Positions 1-12,185 are shown, counted from the stretch's first letter. The stretch: DNA of 64,000 nucleotides from an uncultured Chloroflexia bacterium (GCA_963766645.1 CAVYAY010000003.1:554926-618925); one strand, 5' to 3'. The notes: generated by a model from the sequence alone, not told the origin. Numbers and translations: made by a program.

Positions 1-746
1 CGGCGACGACCTCTCGATCTCTTACATCGGCTTCAACGTCACGCAGCCGCCCTTCGACGACCCCAACGTGCGTCGCGCCTTCGCCATGGCAATCGACCGC
101 GAGCAGATCGTGCACGTCGTCCTCAAAGACATGCTGCCCGTGGCCAACAGCGTCATGATGCCTGGACTGCCCGGCTATAACCAGGACGCCAGCGTGCCGG
201 CGTTCGACCCCGAAGGCGCCGAAGCAGCGCTGGCCGCGTCCAAGTACAAAGACGCCGCAGGGCTCGGCCCGATCACGCTGACCGAGATCGGCGGCGGCGC
301 CAACGCCGGTATCGCGACACAGGCGATCATCGAGATGTGGCGAACCGAACCTCGGCGTCGACGTCTCGATCGCGCAGTCCGAAGCCGCGAGCTTCTACGA
401 CGACCTCGACCGCGGCCGGCTGCAGATGTTCGATATCGGCTGGATCATGGACTACCCGGACCCGGAGGACATCATCGACCTGCTGTTCTACAGCACGAGC
501 CGCCAGAACAACACGCACTACAGCAACCCGGAGTTCGACACTCTGGTCGAGCAGGCCCGCACGGAAGCTGACTCGACAAAGCGCTTGCAGCTCTACCAGC
601 ACGCCGAGCAGATCCTGTTGCAGGACCTGCCGTGGATCCCGCTCTATTTCGGCAAGGACCACTTCGTCGTCAAGCCGTACGTCAAGGGCTTCGAGCCGCT
701 GCCTATCGTTATCCCGATGCTGCGTTACCTCTCAATCGACGAGTAG
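1..746 (+). CDS. Peptide/nickel ABC transporter substrate-binding protein (family 5), 5'-truncated, one frameshift near 345
   Basis: Reads YIGFNVTQPPFDDPNVRRAFAMAIDRE...GWIMDYPDPED...RLQLYQHAEQILLQDLPWIPLY, typical SBP_bac_5 C-terminal motifs; joins ORFs 68..571 and 426..746. Confidence 0.85.
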
Positions 747-830
747 GCGCGTGGCACACCCCACGTGCGAGACTTCCACATGCCGCGGTGGCTTGTGTGC
801 TTCTAAAGGGATTTAGGTAAACTCGGCGCC

Positions 831-1842
831 ATGGAAGGCAGGCTCTCCTACATTCTTCGGCGCCTGCTGTGGGTGCCCCCCATCCTGCTCGTCGTGACGT
901 TTGCCACGTTCGCGCTGGCGCGCTATCGGCCCGGGAGACCCGGTTCGGGTCGCAGCCGGCAACTTCCGCGACGAAGAGGCCTTCGCGCGCATCCGCGCCG
1001 CCCGAGGCCTCGATAAGCCGATCTACGAGCAGTACTACATCTACATGAAGGACGTCATCACCACGCTCGACTTTGGCGAGAGCTTCCGCTACCAGGGCGT
1101 CTCGGTCAACGAGGTCCTTTTCCCGGCCATGTGGCGCTCGCTTCCAGTACAACATCGTTGCGCTGGTGATCACGATGCTCGGTTGGCATCCCGTTGGGCA
1201 TATTCGCCGCTAGACGGCAGGGCACCTGGGCGGACCCGGCGGCCATCAGCACCTTTCTCTGTGATCCAATCGGTGCCCGCCTTGATCTCGGTGCCGTTTC
1301 TCCTGCTGTTCTTTGCGTTGAAGCTGGGCATTCTGCCGGCCAGCGGCTGGCCCCAGGACTGCAACGTCAGCTGCGGCTTCCTCGGCGATAGCTACGAGTG
1401 CATCGGCGTCATCAGCAAAGAGGCGATGATCCCGCTGCTGGCGCTCTCGTTGCCGGGCATCGCGGTCTGGGGGCGCTTCACGCGCGCCTTCACGCTGGAG
1501 GTGATGAAGGAGGACTACGTCCGCACCGCGCGCTCGAAGGGCCTCAGCGAGTTCACAGTCATGACGCGGCACGTCCTGCGCAACGCTATGCTGCCCCTGA
1601 GCACGATCGTCGTCTTCTCCCTGGTTGGCGCTGCTCGAAGGCTCCTTCTTCGTCGAGACGCTGACCGGCATCCCGGGCGTCGGCCGCCTCGCCTTCGAGG
1701 CCATTCAGGGCCGTGACTACGACATGATCATGGCGATCGTGATGATCGGCGCGGTCCGTCTTCGTCTTCGCCAGCATCGTCGTCGACGTCGCTATACACC
1801 TTCATCGACCCGAGGATCAGGTATGGCGCGCGAGACGTCTGA
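831..1842 (+). CDS. Peptide ABC transporter permease (DppB/OppB-like), frameshifted
   Basis: YILRRLL start, PGDPV, DFGESFRY, EAA-like motif EDYVRTARSKGLSE, ends FIDPRIRY; several 1-nt shifts. Confidence 0.85.
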
Positions 1843-2830
1843 CCAGACGCTCGGTCAGGCTGTTCGAGGACGAGACCAGTCAGCTCGATCAGCCCGCTTC
1901 GGGCTGGCATGGCGGCGGCTGGTCAAGAAACGCATCGCCATGCTCGCGCTGGCGTACATCTGCGTCTTCTACTTCTGCGGCATCACGGCGCCGTTCCTGA
2001 CCGACGCCGGAATCATCCCGTCTTACCGCGAGCAGCACCTGGACTTGCGGCCGCTGGCCAAGGCGCCCGTCCCTGTCACCATCCCTTCGGCACCGACCGC
2101 CTGGGCCGCGACAGCTGAGCCGCGTGATCTGGGCCTCGCAGACCACGGTGATCGTCACCGCTGCTCACGCTGCTGACCGGCGGCCTCGTCCTCGCGGTCG
2201 GCCTGGGCTTGCTCTCCGGCTACGTAGGCGGCTGGGTCGATACCGCTGATCATGCGCGTCGGCGACACCTTCGCGTCCCTGCCGACCATCCTGATGCTGA
2301 TCCTGATCAATGCCACGCTGAAAGACCGCGTCAGCGACCTGGCCGGCAGACGTCGAGGACTTCACCGGCATCGGCGGCATCGTGCAGCCGGCGCGCCGGA
2401 CTACTTCCTGGTCTTCGGCGCGCTGTCAGCTGTTCAGCTGGGTGGGCGGCGCGCGCATCATCCGCTCGCAGATCCTCGCTTTGCGAGAAACCGAGTTCAT
2501 CCTCGCCGCGCGCATGCTCGGCGCTTCGACGCCGCGCATCATGTTCCGCCACCTCCTGCCCAACGTAAGCAACATCATCATCGTCAGCCTGTCGCTGGGC
2601 CTGGCGGGCATCGCCGGCTCGGAAATCGTGCTGACCTGGTTTGGTGTCGGCATCCAGCCACCGCACCCCAGCTTCGGCGCCATGATCTTCGAAGCGTCGC
2701 AGCGTCCGCACCGTCAACCAGTATCCTCACCTGCTGGTCGTTCCCGGGAGCCATCGTGGCCGGCCTGCTCTTCTCCTTCAACCTCCTCGGCGACGCCCTA
2801 ACCGACGTGTTCACGCCCAAAGCAAACTAG
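1823..2830 (+). CDS. Peptide ABC transporter permease (DppC/OppC-like), frameshifted
   Basis: HPFGTDRLGRD, EFILAARMLGAS, RHLLPNV, FNLLGDAL motifs across shifted frames. Confidence 0.85.
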
Positions 2831-2945
2831 CCCGGCCAGAGTTCGTCCGGTCAATCGCGACTTGGTATACTTCGTAATAGCGACCAACTCGCATGCGAGC
2901 TCTCATCGCATCCCGTCCTCGAACAGGTAGGAACGTAAGGACACA

Positions 2946-4310
2946 GTGAAGGTAACTACAGAAGAACTCCCAGAGCGCCAGGTCAAGCTGCAGATCGAAG
3001 TCGACGACGAGCGCCACAACAAGGCGATCGAGACGGCCTACAAGAAGCTGGCGCCGCAGGTGCAGATCCCGGGCTTCCGCGCCGGCAAAGCGCCGCGGCC
3101 GCTGATCGAGAAGCAGCTCGGCCGCCACCGCCTGCTCGACGAGGCGATGGACATCGTGGTGCCCGACGCCTATCGCGAGGCGCTGGAAGAGGAGGACATC
3201 ACGCCCGTCGCTCAGCCTTCCGTCGAGCTCGTCAGCCACGAGCCCCTGGTCTTCACTGCCACCGTGCCGCTGCAGCCCGTCGTCGAGCTCGGCGATTACC
3301 AGTCCCTGCGCGTGCCGCGCGACGAGGTCAAGATCGACGACAAGCAGGTCGATGAGGCGCTGGAAGACCTGCAGCGCCGCAACGGCACCATCGAGCCAGT
3401 CGAGCGCAAGGCGAAGAAGGGCGACGTCCTCAGCGGCAGCGTCTCCGCCCACGCCGGCGACATGAGCATCTTCTCCGCCGACGACATCGAGTTCCGCGTC
3501 ACGGAAGAGTCGCTGCAGTCGCTGCCGGGCTTCATCGACGTCGTCACCGGCCTCAAGAAGGGCGACGACGTCAGCAAGACGGTCGAGGCGCCCGCCGACT
3601 TCGAGCGACGAGAACATCGCCGGCAAGACGATGAACTACGACGGTCAAGGTCGCCGAGGTCAAAGAGGAGAAGCTGCCGCCGCTGGACGACGACTTCGCC
3701 AAGCTGATTGGCGACGGCTACGAGACGCTGCTGGCGCTGCGCGCCAAGATCCGCGAGGACATCGAGAAGGCGGAGACGGAAGCAGCCCTGCGCGCCTACG
3801 AAACCCAGGCCGTCGACGCGCTGGTCGAGCAGGCCGACGATCGAATATGCGCCGTCAGATGCTCGACCACGAAATCGACCACCTGCTGGAGGACCAGGCC
3901 AACCTCGACCCGCGCGACCCGCGGGCTCAACTGCTCTACCTGCAGCGCATGAACAAGAGCGAGGAGGAGGTCCGCGAGTCGGTTCGCGAAGAAGCTTTGC
4001 TGAGATTGAGGCGCTCACTCGTGTTGAGTGAGTTCGCTGAAGCCGAGAATATTACAGTAGAGGACTCGGACATCGACGCTGAGATCGAGACGATGGCTGG
4101 CTCGGCCGGCGAGCAGGCGGACATGCTCCGCCAGCTCTTCGGCAGCGAAGAAGCGCGAGATTCCCTGGCACGGACGCTGCACACGCGAAAGACGCTGGCC
4201 CGGCTGGTCGAGATCGCCAGCCAGGACGGCGGAGAAGGCTACGGCCAAGAAGAAGGCACGCGGCCGCGGCGAAGAAGCCAGCCGCGAAGCCCCGGAAGGC
4301 GTCGAGCTAA
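2946..4310 (+). CDS. tig: Trigger factor, frameshifted
   Basis: QIPGFRAGKAP ribosome-binding signature; DDDFAK and C-terminal chaperone region in other frames; upstream of clpP-clpX. 3' end approximate. Confidence 0.92.
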
Positions 4311-4348
4311 GGCCGAAGCACGTCGGCTGCAGAGACTCAGGAGAAGGA

Positions 4349-4961
4349 ATGAACGAACCCGTTGCGAGCCATTGTCCCCGCCGTGGTGGAAACGACACCA
4401 CGAGGCGAGCGCGTTTACGACATCTACTCAATGCTCCTCAAGGAGCGGATCATCTTCCTCGGCACGCCGATCGATGACCAGGTAGCGAACAGCATCATCG
4501 CGCAGCTCCTGCACCTCGAGCGCGAGGACCCGGACCGCGACATCTCGATCTACATCAACTCGCCCGGCGGCTCCGTGCACGCCGGCCTGGCGATCTACGA
4601 CGCGATGCAGCTCAACCGCTGCGACGTCTCGACCTACTGCGTCGGCATCTGCGCCAGCATGGCCACCGTGCTGCTCAGCTCCGGCACAGCCGGCAAGCGC
4701 TACGCCATGCCGCGCTCGACAATCCACATGCACCAGGTCATGAGCGGCGCCCGCGGCCAGGCCTCCGACATCGAAATCGAGGCGCGTGAGACGCTGCGCC
4801 TCAACGACCTGCTGCGCAACATCCTCGCGACAAACACCGGTCAGGACCCGGAGCGAATTCGCCGCGACTTTGACCGAAACTTCTATATGGACGCTCAGCA
4901 GGCCAAAGAGTACGGCATGATTGACGAGATCCTGTCGAAGGCAAACGAGAACGGAGGCTAA
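4349..4961 (+). CDS. clpP: ATP-dependent Clp protease proteolytic subunit
   Basis: [31 protein letters not shown] (Ser), HMHQ (His). ATG 4349 follows GGAGAAGG and needs one indel; the intact frame starts at 4362. Confidence 0.95.
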
Positions 4962-6278
<1,317 letters not shown>

Positions 6279-6298
6279 CGTCCACCTTGGCAATGCGG

Positions 6299-6330
6299 TC
6301 AAGGAGCCTGGCAAATGCCAGGCTCCTTGA
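6299..6330. terminator. Inverted repeat downstream of clpX (probable terminator)
   Basis: TCAAGGAGCCTGGCA-AA-TGCCAGGCTCCTTGA, 15-bp perfect arms. Confidence 0.6.
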
Positions 6331-6356
6331 TTCTTGAAGCCATATAATCAGGCACG

Positions 6357-7422
6357 ATGGAATCGGATGCAGTCCAGTACACAACTACCAGCGACGGCTT
6401 CAGCATCGCCTACGCCGTCAAAGGTGAAGGCACGCCTCTCGTGTTCATGCCGCGTCCCTTCAACCACCTGACGATTCTGTCGCAGGTTGCCAGCAACTAC
6501 GCCGCATTGACCGCGTTGGAGGCGCGCTTCCGGCTCATCCGGTACGACAGCCGCGGCCAGGGCCTCTCGACACGGGGCTTGCCTGACGAAGTCTCCATCG
6601 ACCATTACGCCCTCGATCTCGAGGCTGTTGTCCACAACCTGCGACTGGACCAATTCGTCCTCTTTGGGCCGTTGGGCTTTGGCCGCGTTGCGCTTCATTA
6701 CGCTTCCCAGCATCCCGAGCGAGTGAAGGCGCTTATCCTGTGGAACCCGCTCTCGCGCGATACAGATACTCGGTCGTCCATGCAGATTGACTTGCCACTC
6801 GAGAGCTGGGACCTCTTTTTGGAAACCCATGCACATCTTGTCTATCCGTTGGAAGACCCAGCCCTGATTAAGCCGAAGCTGGCAGAAGCGACGAATTCCG
6901 CAGACCGCGTTGCCTACGGGCGCGTGCAACGTCGCGTCGAGCCGGAGGTCACGCTTTTCGATATCCAGGCCCCAACACTCGTCCTCGCTGCGAAGTCTGG
7001 CAGTTGGGCTTTCGCGACCGGCGTTCACGGCACCTGCCGGATTGTCTACGGAGACATCGACGCCAGCCTCACGGGCGTGCCCGATCCCACAGTCTCAGGC
7101 ACGGTCACGGGTGGCCTCGCGGGTACCGTAAATGCCACCGTCCACGGCCAGGAGGAGTTGGGCAGCCAGACGATTCTCGACCTCTCACGAATTCACCACG
7201 GGTGCCGGCGCAATTGCCGTTGGCAAGCTGATGACCAAGGACGTCGGCACCTGGACGCCCGTCGCGGGCCAGGACAACATCGTCCGGATGTTCACCAAGT
7301 ACGTTATCGTGGGCGGCGAAGGCGCATTTGCCGGTGCTGGCGGAACGCTGATTAACAGCGGCACCGTCAACCTTGAGACCAGCGTCCTTGACCTCTTCTA
7401 TGGCGGCGTGGTCTGCTACTAG
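6357..7422 (+). CDS. Alpha/beta-hydrolase-fold domain lacking the nucleophile Ser, joined to a beta-rich C-terminal domain (frameshift near 7185)
   Basis: VQYTTTSDGFSIAYAVKGEG, RYDSRGQGLS, HPERVKALIL; elbow reads GPLGFG. C-terminal IVGGEGAFAGAGG resembles dirigent/AOC-like barrels. Confidence 0.6.
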
Positions 7423-7445
7423 AGGCGGAAGCGGATCGTGCTTAT

Positions 7446-7471
7446 AGGAGCCGGGCAATTGCCCGGCTCCT
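7446..7471. repeat. Perfect 26-bp palindrome, related to the 6302-6327 palindrome
   Basis: AGGAGCCGGGCAATTGCCCGGCTCCT; lies between convergent genes. Confidence 0.7.
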
Positions 7472-7573
7472 CTTCGAGTGACCGATACCAGCGTCAAGAT
7501 CCGGGTATGACTCTGCGATGCAGGATTTGCCGGGATGAGGGCCGCGGTAGAGCATCCCTCACCACTCGTCGGG

Positions 7574-8815
7574 TTACGCCGCTTTGGGTTTTGCTTTGCG
7601 TGCGGTGCGAACCCGCGCCTTCCTGGGTTCACTTGGCGGCAAAGCCGCAACCTCGCTGCCGGCCGTCGGCTCCCACAGCGCGACGCGGTTACGGCCAGCC
7701 TCTTTGGCCTCGTACATTGCCTGATCCGCAAGGTCGATGAGTTGCTCGACGTCGCTGCCGTGGTCCGGCCGAGCCGCGAGCCCTATCGAAATTGTCACCG
7801 GACCGACAGGTTCCATTCCGGCGCCGCTCAAAGGAGTCAACTCAATCGCCTTGCGTAGCCTTTCCGCCAGCGTCTCGGCTTCCTTCAAGCTCGCATCCAT
7901 GAAGACGACCACGAATTCCTCTCCGCCATAGCGGTAGATACGGTCGTCATTGCGGACGCAGTTCTGGAGAACGGAGGCGACCTTCTGCAACGTCACATCG
8001 CCGACGTGGTGGCCGTATTCATCATTCAGGCGTTTGAACTGATCGATGTCCAGCATGGCGAGAACCATTCTGTCCCCGTTCAGCCGCAAAGACGAAAGCT
8101 CACCCGCAAGGTCTTCTGCGAGCTGTAGCCGGTTTGGCAGTCCGGTCAGGGCATCGTGGTGAGCCCGTCGCTCGCTGCTCTCCGTCGTATCCGCCGCCAC
8201 CACGGCCGTCGCCACCTGCGAAGCCATCATCTCGAGAATACGCTGGTCCTCGTCGCTGAATCGATTCGGCGTAGTCGACCAGCAGTTGAGCAGTCCGACA
8301 ACCCGAGCCCCAATGATGAGAGGCACCAGGATGCCAGAGCGTAGCCCCTGGGCCTGCTGAGCCTCGGTTAGAAGGTTGATATTGTCGTTGTCTATTCGCA
8401 GAGTACGTCCGCGTTTGGCGGTGCGGCCCATGAGACCTTCGCCGAGCACCTGCACCTCCAGGCCTCTCACCGGCTTACCAGCAAAGGTCAGGCTGCCGAC
8501 TGGAACCAGTTCACCGCCGCGAATCAGCCACAACACCCCGCCATGCGCGTCCATCAGACGAAGCGTCTCGCGCAACGTGGCTTCCACCACGTAGCGAAGG
8601 CTGAGTGTTTCCGTAATCTCAGTGAAGACGTTGTACAGCGCCTGTAGCTGGCTGTTCCGATGCTGCAGCTTCTCAGTCATGGCACGCAGTGACGCGCGCT
8701 CTTGGTCCGCCTTCGACCGCCCAGCCTGGACCCGGCGGCCTACAGCGAACGCCACCGCCGCAACACCGCCCGATATTACGAGTAACTGAGGCAGCACGGT
8801 CTGCTGTCTTTTCAC
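7574..8815 (-). CDS. Membrane-anchored GAF-sensor diguanylate cyclase
   Basis: N-terminal TM segment, GAF region, HDALTGLPNR, DIDQFKRLNDEYGH, RYGGEEF active site; start GTG 8815 inferred. Confidence 0.9.
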   Translation of the reverse strand: MKRQQTVLPQLLVISGGVAAVAFAVGRRVQAGRSKADQERASLRAMTEKLQHRNSQLQALYNVFTEITETLSLRYVVEATLRETLRLMDAHGGVLWLIRGGELVPVGSLTFAGKPVRGLEVQVLGEGLMGRTAKRGRTLRIDNDNINLLTEAQQAQGLRSGILVPLIIGARVVGLLNCWSTTPNRFSDEDQRILEMMASQVATAVVAADTTESSERRAHHDALTGLPNRLQLAEDLAGELSSLRLNGDRMVLAMLDIDQFKRLNDEYGHHVGDVTLQKVASVLQNCVRNDDRIYRYGGEEFVVVFMDASLKEAETLAERLRKAIELTPLSGAGMEPVGPVTISIGLAARPDHGSDVEQLIDLADQAMYEAKEAGRNRVALWEPTAGSEVAALPPSEPRKARVRTARKAKPKAA

Positions 8816-8952
8816 ATTCTCGCTCTCATTGCGGAACTGCCGATTCTTGTCCACGCTTTCGATCCTCACGCTGGCACCTCGAACTCGAGGAGTACGCCTG
8901 CATACGTATCGGCAAAATCTCCTCCCCTGACGAGGCCTGTCTCGTTTCAGGC

Positions 8953-9110
8953 TTGTAGATTCGGCCTTGACGCCTCCTGGTACTTCGCATAGGATGCCTT
9001 CGCCCCTCCGGGGCCGGCGGTGGCGCAGCAAAGGGAAAGGCTTCTCATGAAGATGGGAATCCGTAGCCAATCGAGGAGTGAATCGGCGTAGTCCGAGCCG
9101 GCATCTACAA
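8953..9110 (+). ncRNA. Candidate 6S-like RNA (long irregular hairpin with central bubble)
   Basis: TTGTAGAT(8953-60) pairs with ATCTACAA(9103-10), followed by nested CGGC/GCCG, ACGCC/GGCGT, CTCCT/AGGAG, GCCTT..CCCT/AGGG..AAGGC; intergenic; followed by a terminator. Confidence 0.5.
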
Positions 9111-9116
9111 ATGAGC

Positions 9117-9152
9117 CGCCGCCCTGACGCAACGTCGGGGCGGCGTTTCTAT
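9117..9152 (+). terminator. Rho-independent terminator
   Basis: CGCCGCCCTGACG-CAA-CGTCGGGGCGGCG then TTTCTATT. Confidence 0.7.
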
Positions 9153-9164
9153 TCGGAGCGAATC

Positions 9165-10388
9165 ATGACCTTCGAGATACGCAATCTCAGGATCGACGAC
9201 CTCGAGGAGGCAGCACAGCTGGATGCGCATGCTTTCGGGATGTCGCTTCGCCACGACGTAACGCCGATGTTCGAGCACTGGAAGGCCCGCTTTGACACCG
9301 ATTCGTACCTTGGTGTCTTCGAGGACGGTGAGATGACCTCGATGATGCGCACGATACCGGTCGAGATGCACCTGAACGGCGGTCTTATCAAGCTCGGCGC
9401 CGTCAGCCCAGTTGCCAACTCCCCGCTGCACCGGCGCAAAGGACACACCGGCGCAATGCTCCGCCGCTCCCTGGAGCAGATGCACGACGCCGGGCAACCG
9501 CTCTCCGGCCTCTACACGCCTCACCCCGCCTTCTACCGCCGCTACGGATGGGAGGTGGCTTCGGAGTGGCGCGCCCTCAGCTTCAAGCCCAAGGACTTCA
9601 AGCTAACCCTCGAACCGTCCCAGCGCGGTCGATTCCGCTTCCTCAAGCTCGAAGACTGGGAGGCCCTGGAACCGATATTTCAGAGCTACGCCACGTCCGG
9701 TAACGGCCCGTTCAACCGCTCCGAGACGTGGTGGCGTTCTCACGTCACCGAGGTGCCGTGGCGCCAGGATACCGACATCGTCCTGTGGCAGAACGACGCT
9801 GGCCTGGCCGAAGGCTACGCAATCTACCAGCAGCCCAGCACACCCGGCCCGGAGTATCCGACGACTGACGTCAACGTACGCGAACTGATCGCGTCCTCCC
9901 GCGACGCATACCTCAACTTGCTCGCCTACTTCGGCCGCCACGACATCCATCATGAGATCACGATTGCCGCGGCGCCGCACGACCCGATTCTGACGCTCTT
10001 CGCCGATTCCGAGAAGCTGCAGATCCGGCAGGGCCCCGCCGTCCTCCTGCGCATCGTCGACTTCGAGGCGGCGATGCGGGCACGGCCCGCCGCCCGCAAC
10101 GACGACGCGGCGGAGCTAACGCTGCGCCTGGTCGACGAGAGCGCGCCGTGGAACGACGGGATATGGCGCATCGGCGTCGCCGAAGGCAGGACGTGGGCTG
10201 AGAGAGCTACCGGCGAAGCGGAGATTGCGCTCTCTGGCCGCGCCATGGCGCCCTTGTTCAACGGCTACCTGTCGCCGTCCATCGCCGCGTGGTCGGGCCT
10301 CATCGAAGCAAAGAATGATGACGCTCTCGATCGCGCAGCGCGGATCTTCGCCGTTCGCCGGCCGCCTTACTTTACGGACCACTTCTAG
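9165..10388 (+). CDS. Eis-family GNAT N-acetyltransferase with SCP2-like C-terminal domain
   Basis: VANSPLHRRKGH, LYTPHPAFYRRYGWE, LLRIVDF, DESAPWNDG, C-terminal DHF. Confidence 0.88.
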   Translation: MTFEIRNLRIDDLEEAAQLDAHAFGMSLRHDVTPMFEHWKARFDTDSYLGVFEDGEMTSMMRTIPVEMHLNGGLIKLGAVSPVANSPLHRRKGHTGAMLRRSLEQMHDAGQPLSGLYTPHPAFYRRYGWEVASEWRALSFKPKDFKLTLEPSQRGRFRFLKLEDWEALEPIFQSYATSGNGPFNRSETWWRSHVTEVPWRQDTDIVLWQNDAGLAEGYAIYQQPSTPGPEYPTTDVNVRELIASSRDAYLNLLAYFGRHDIHHEITIAAAPHDPILTLFADSEKLQIRQGPAVLLRIVDFEAAMRARPAARNDDAAELTLRLVDESAPWNDGIWRIGVAEGRTWAERATGEAEIALSGRAMAPLFNGYLSPSIAAWSGLIEAKNDDALDRAARIFAVRRPPYFTDHF

Positions 10389-10405
10389 TCAGCAGCGATT
10401 GCTGT

Positions 10406-10705
10406 CTAGCGAGTGCGGTTGTACTCGTAGTCTTCACGCGTGCCGGGACCGCCGGCGCGCAACTCAGCCATTGCCGGATTCGGTGGGCTGTTGGCGTTGG
10501 CAGCGGCATGCACGTCCAGCGCGGCCTGGTCCGCCCACAGCTCCAATAGACACAGCTTGTCCGGGTCGTTACCGCTCTGGAACGCCTCGAACTGCTCACA
10601 GCCGGGCTCCTTGCGCACTTCGACGCAGCGCTCCTCCATGGCTTTAAGAAGCTGAGCGCCTCTACCGGGCGCGGCCTTCATGTTTATGACAAGTCGAACT
10701 GACAT
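10406..10705 (-). CDS. ABM / putative quinol monooxygenase family protein
   Basis: VRKEPGCEQF, LLELWADQAALDVH; SD GAGGGAAGGAG upstream of ATG 10705. Confidence 0.85.
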   Translation of the reverse strand: MSVRLVINMKAAPGRGAQLLKAMEERCVEVRKEPGCEQFEAFQSGNDPDKLCLLELWADQAALDVHAAANANSPPNPAMAELRAGGPGTREDYEYNRTR

Positions 10706-10803
10706 TGCTAATCTCCTTCCCTCGCTCGACAAAGTAGCCGTGTCACAGGCAATCTGGCAATCGTACAGTTAGAATCGAACCGGGCCTCAGCAGGGAGGAA
10801 GCA

Positions 10804-11778
10804 ATGAAAGCGGCGGTGATCAATGAGTACGGCGACGAAGGCGTCCTCTCCTACGAAGACGCGCCCGAACCCAGCATAGGGCCCGACGAGGTCCTGATAC
10901 GTATCCGCGCCGCTTCGATCAACCGCGGTGATTTCGGCCGCCGCGCTGGTTACTTTCAGGCCGGCCAGACCCCGCTGATCATCGGCTGGGACATCGCCGG
11001 CGATATCGAGGCCTTGGGTGCAAACGTGACAGGCTTCAGCGCCGGGCAGCGCGTTGTGGCGCAGGTCATGGGCGGAGGCTACGCCGAGTTGGCCGCCGCA
11101 CCCGCCAACGCCGTCGTCGCCATGCCCGACGGCATCAGCTATGAGGCCGCCGCGAGCCTTCCCGTCGCCTGGCTGACGGCATGGATCTCGCTTCTCGACA
11201 CTGCAGCCTTACAGCCCGGTGAGACCGCGCTGATCCAGTCCGTTAGCAGCGGCGTCGGCATGGCCGGCGTCCAGATCGCCAAGCACGTCGGTGGCGCCGG
11301 CTTCGTCTTCACGACCGCCGGTACGGACGAGAAGTGCCGGCGCGGCCTCGAACTCGGCGCCGACCACGCGATCAACTACTCGACGCACGATTTCCTGGCA
11401 GAGGTCATGGCGAAGACCAACGGCCGCGGCGTCGATGTCGCGCTGGATATGATCGGCGGAGAGACGTTCAGAAAGACGCAGCAGGCGCTCGCCGAAGGCG
11501 GCCGTCTCGTCTCGGTCGGACGTGCCGGCGGCGAAGGCCCCGAGGTGGACGAAGCGTTGGCGAAGGCGAAGAACCAGACCGTCACCACCAGTTGGCTAGT
11601 CTTCACAATCAAGCCGCGCGAGGAGCTCAGCGCCGACCTGTCCAGGATCATGGCCGCCATCGTCGCCAAGAAGCTCAATCCGGTAATTGACCGAGTCTTC
11701 CCGCTCAGCGAGGCTGCAGAGGCGCACCGCTACATCGGCGGCCGAAACCAGTTCGGCAAGGTGCTGCTGCGGCCCTAG
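10804..11778 (+). CDS. NADPH:quinone oxidoreductase (MDR family)
   Basis: MKAAVINEYG, ASINRGD, GGYAE, SSGVGMAGVQIAK, FGKVLL. Confidence 0.9.
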   Translation: MKAAVINEYGDEGVLSYEDAPEPSIGPDEVLIRIRAASINRGDFGRRAGYFQAGQTPLIIGWDIAGDIEALGANVTGFSAGQRVVAQVMGGGYAELAAAPANAVVAMPDGISYEAAASLPVAWLTAWISLLDTAALQPGETALIQSVSSGVGMAGVQIAKHVGGAGFVFTTAGTDEKCRRGLELGADHAINYSTHDFLAEVMAKTNGRGVDVALDMIGGETFRKTQQALAEGGRLVSVGRAGGEGPEVDEALAKAKNQTVTTSWLVFTIKPREELSADLSRIMAAIVAKKLNPVIDRVFPLSEAAEAHRYIGGRNQFGKVLLRP

Positions 11779-11846
11779 CTCCGTTCCGCCACTTCCCCAG
11801 GCTGCGGAAAAACTGGACCGTCGCGACGATCATTGTCGCGGCACTG

Positions 11847-12185
11847 GTGCTTTATGAATCGACCCGCGAGGCCGGGGACCCGACGCTGCCGGATGTATCA
11901 ACACTGGAGGCGTATGTCGGACATTTCATGGCTTACGCCGCGCTCGCTTTCTGCGCCCAGATGGCGCCCCAGAGGCGGAGTCTGGTGATCATCCCGTTTG
12001 TAATCGCGGCAGCCGGGATCTTCGGCGGCCTGCTCGAAGCGTACCAATCAACCCTGTATGGTCGGGACGCATCGATCCTTGACGCGCTGACGAACCTGCT
12101 CGGGGCTGCAATCGGTATTGCTATCGCGGCGTTCCTCGTACCTCGATGGGAGCATTGGCGCGTCAGAGGCAATCGCCAGCGCTAG
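11847..12185 (+). CDS. VanZ-like membrane protein
   Basis: GHFMAYAAL, LEAYQ..GRDASILDALTNLLGA; start uncertain. Confidence 0.7.
   Translation: MLYESTREAGDPTLPDVSTLEAYVGHFMAYAALAFCAQMAPQRRSLVIIPFVIAAAGIFGGLLEAYQSTLYGRDASILDALTNLLGAAIGIAIAAFLVPRWEHWRVRGNRQR

Noticed and set aside
8816-9164. N-terminal extensions of the GGDEF ORF (to 9070) and eis ORF (from 9078); c-di-GMP riboswitch or SRP RNA
   Set aside because: The extensions are not protein-like and overlap the structured RNA; no c-di-GMP or SRP core motif was found
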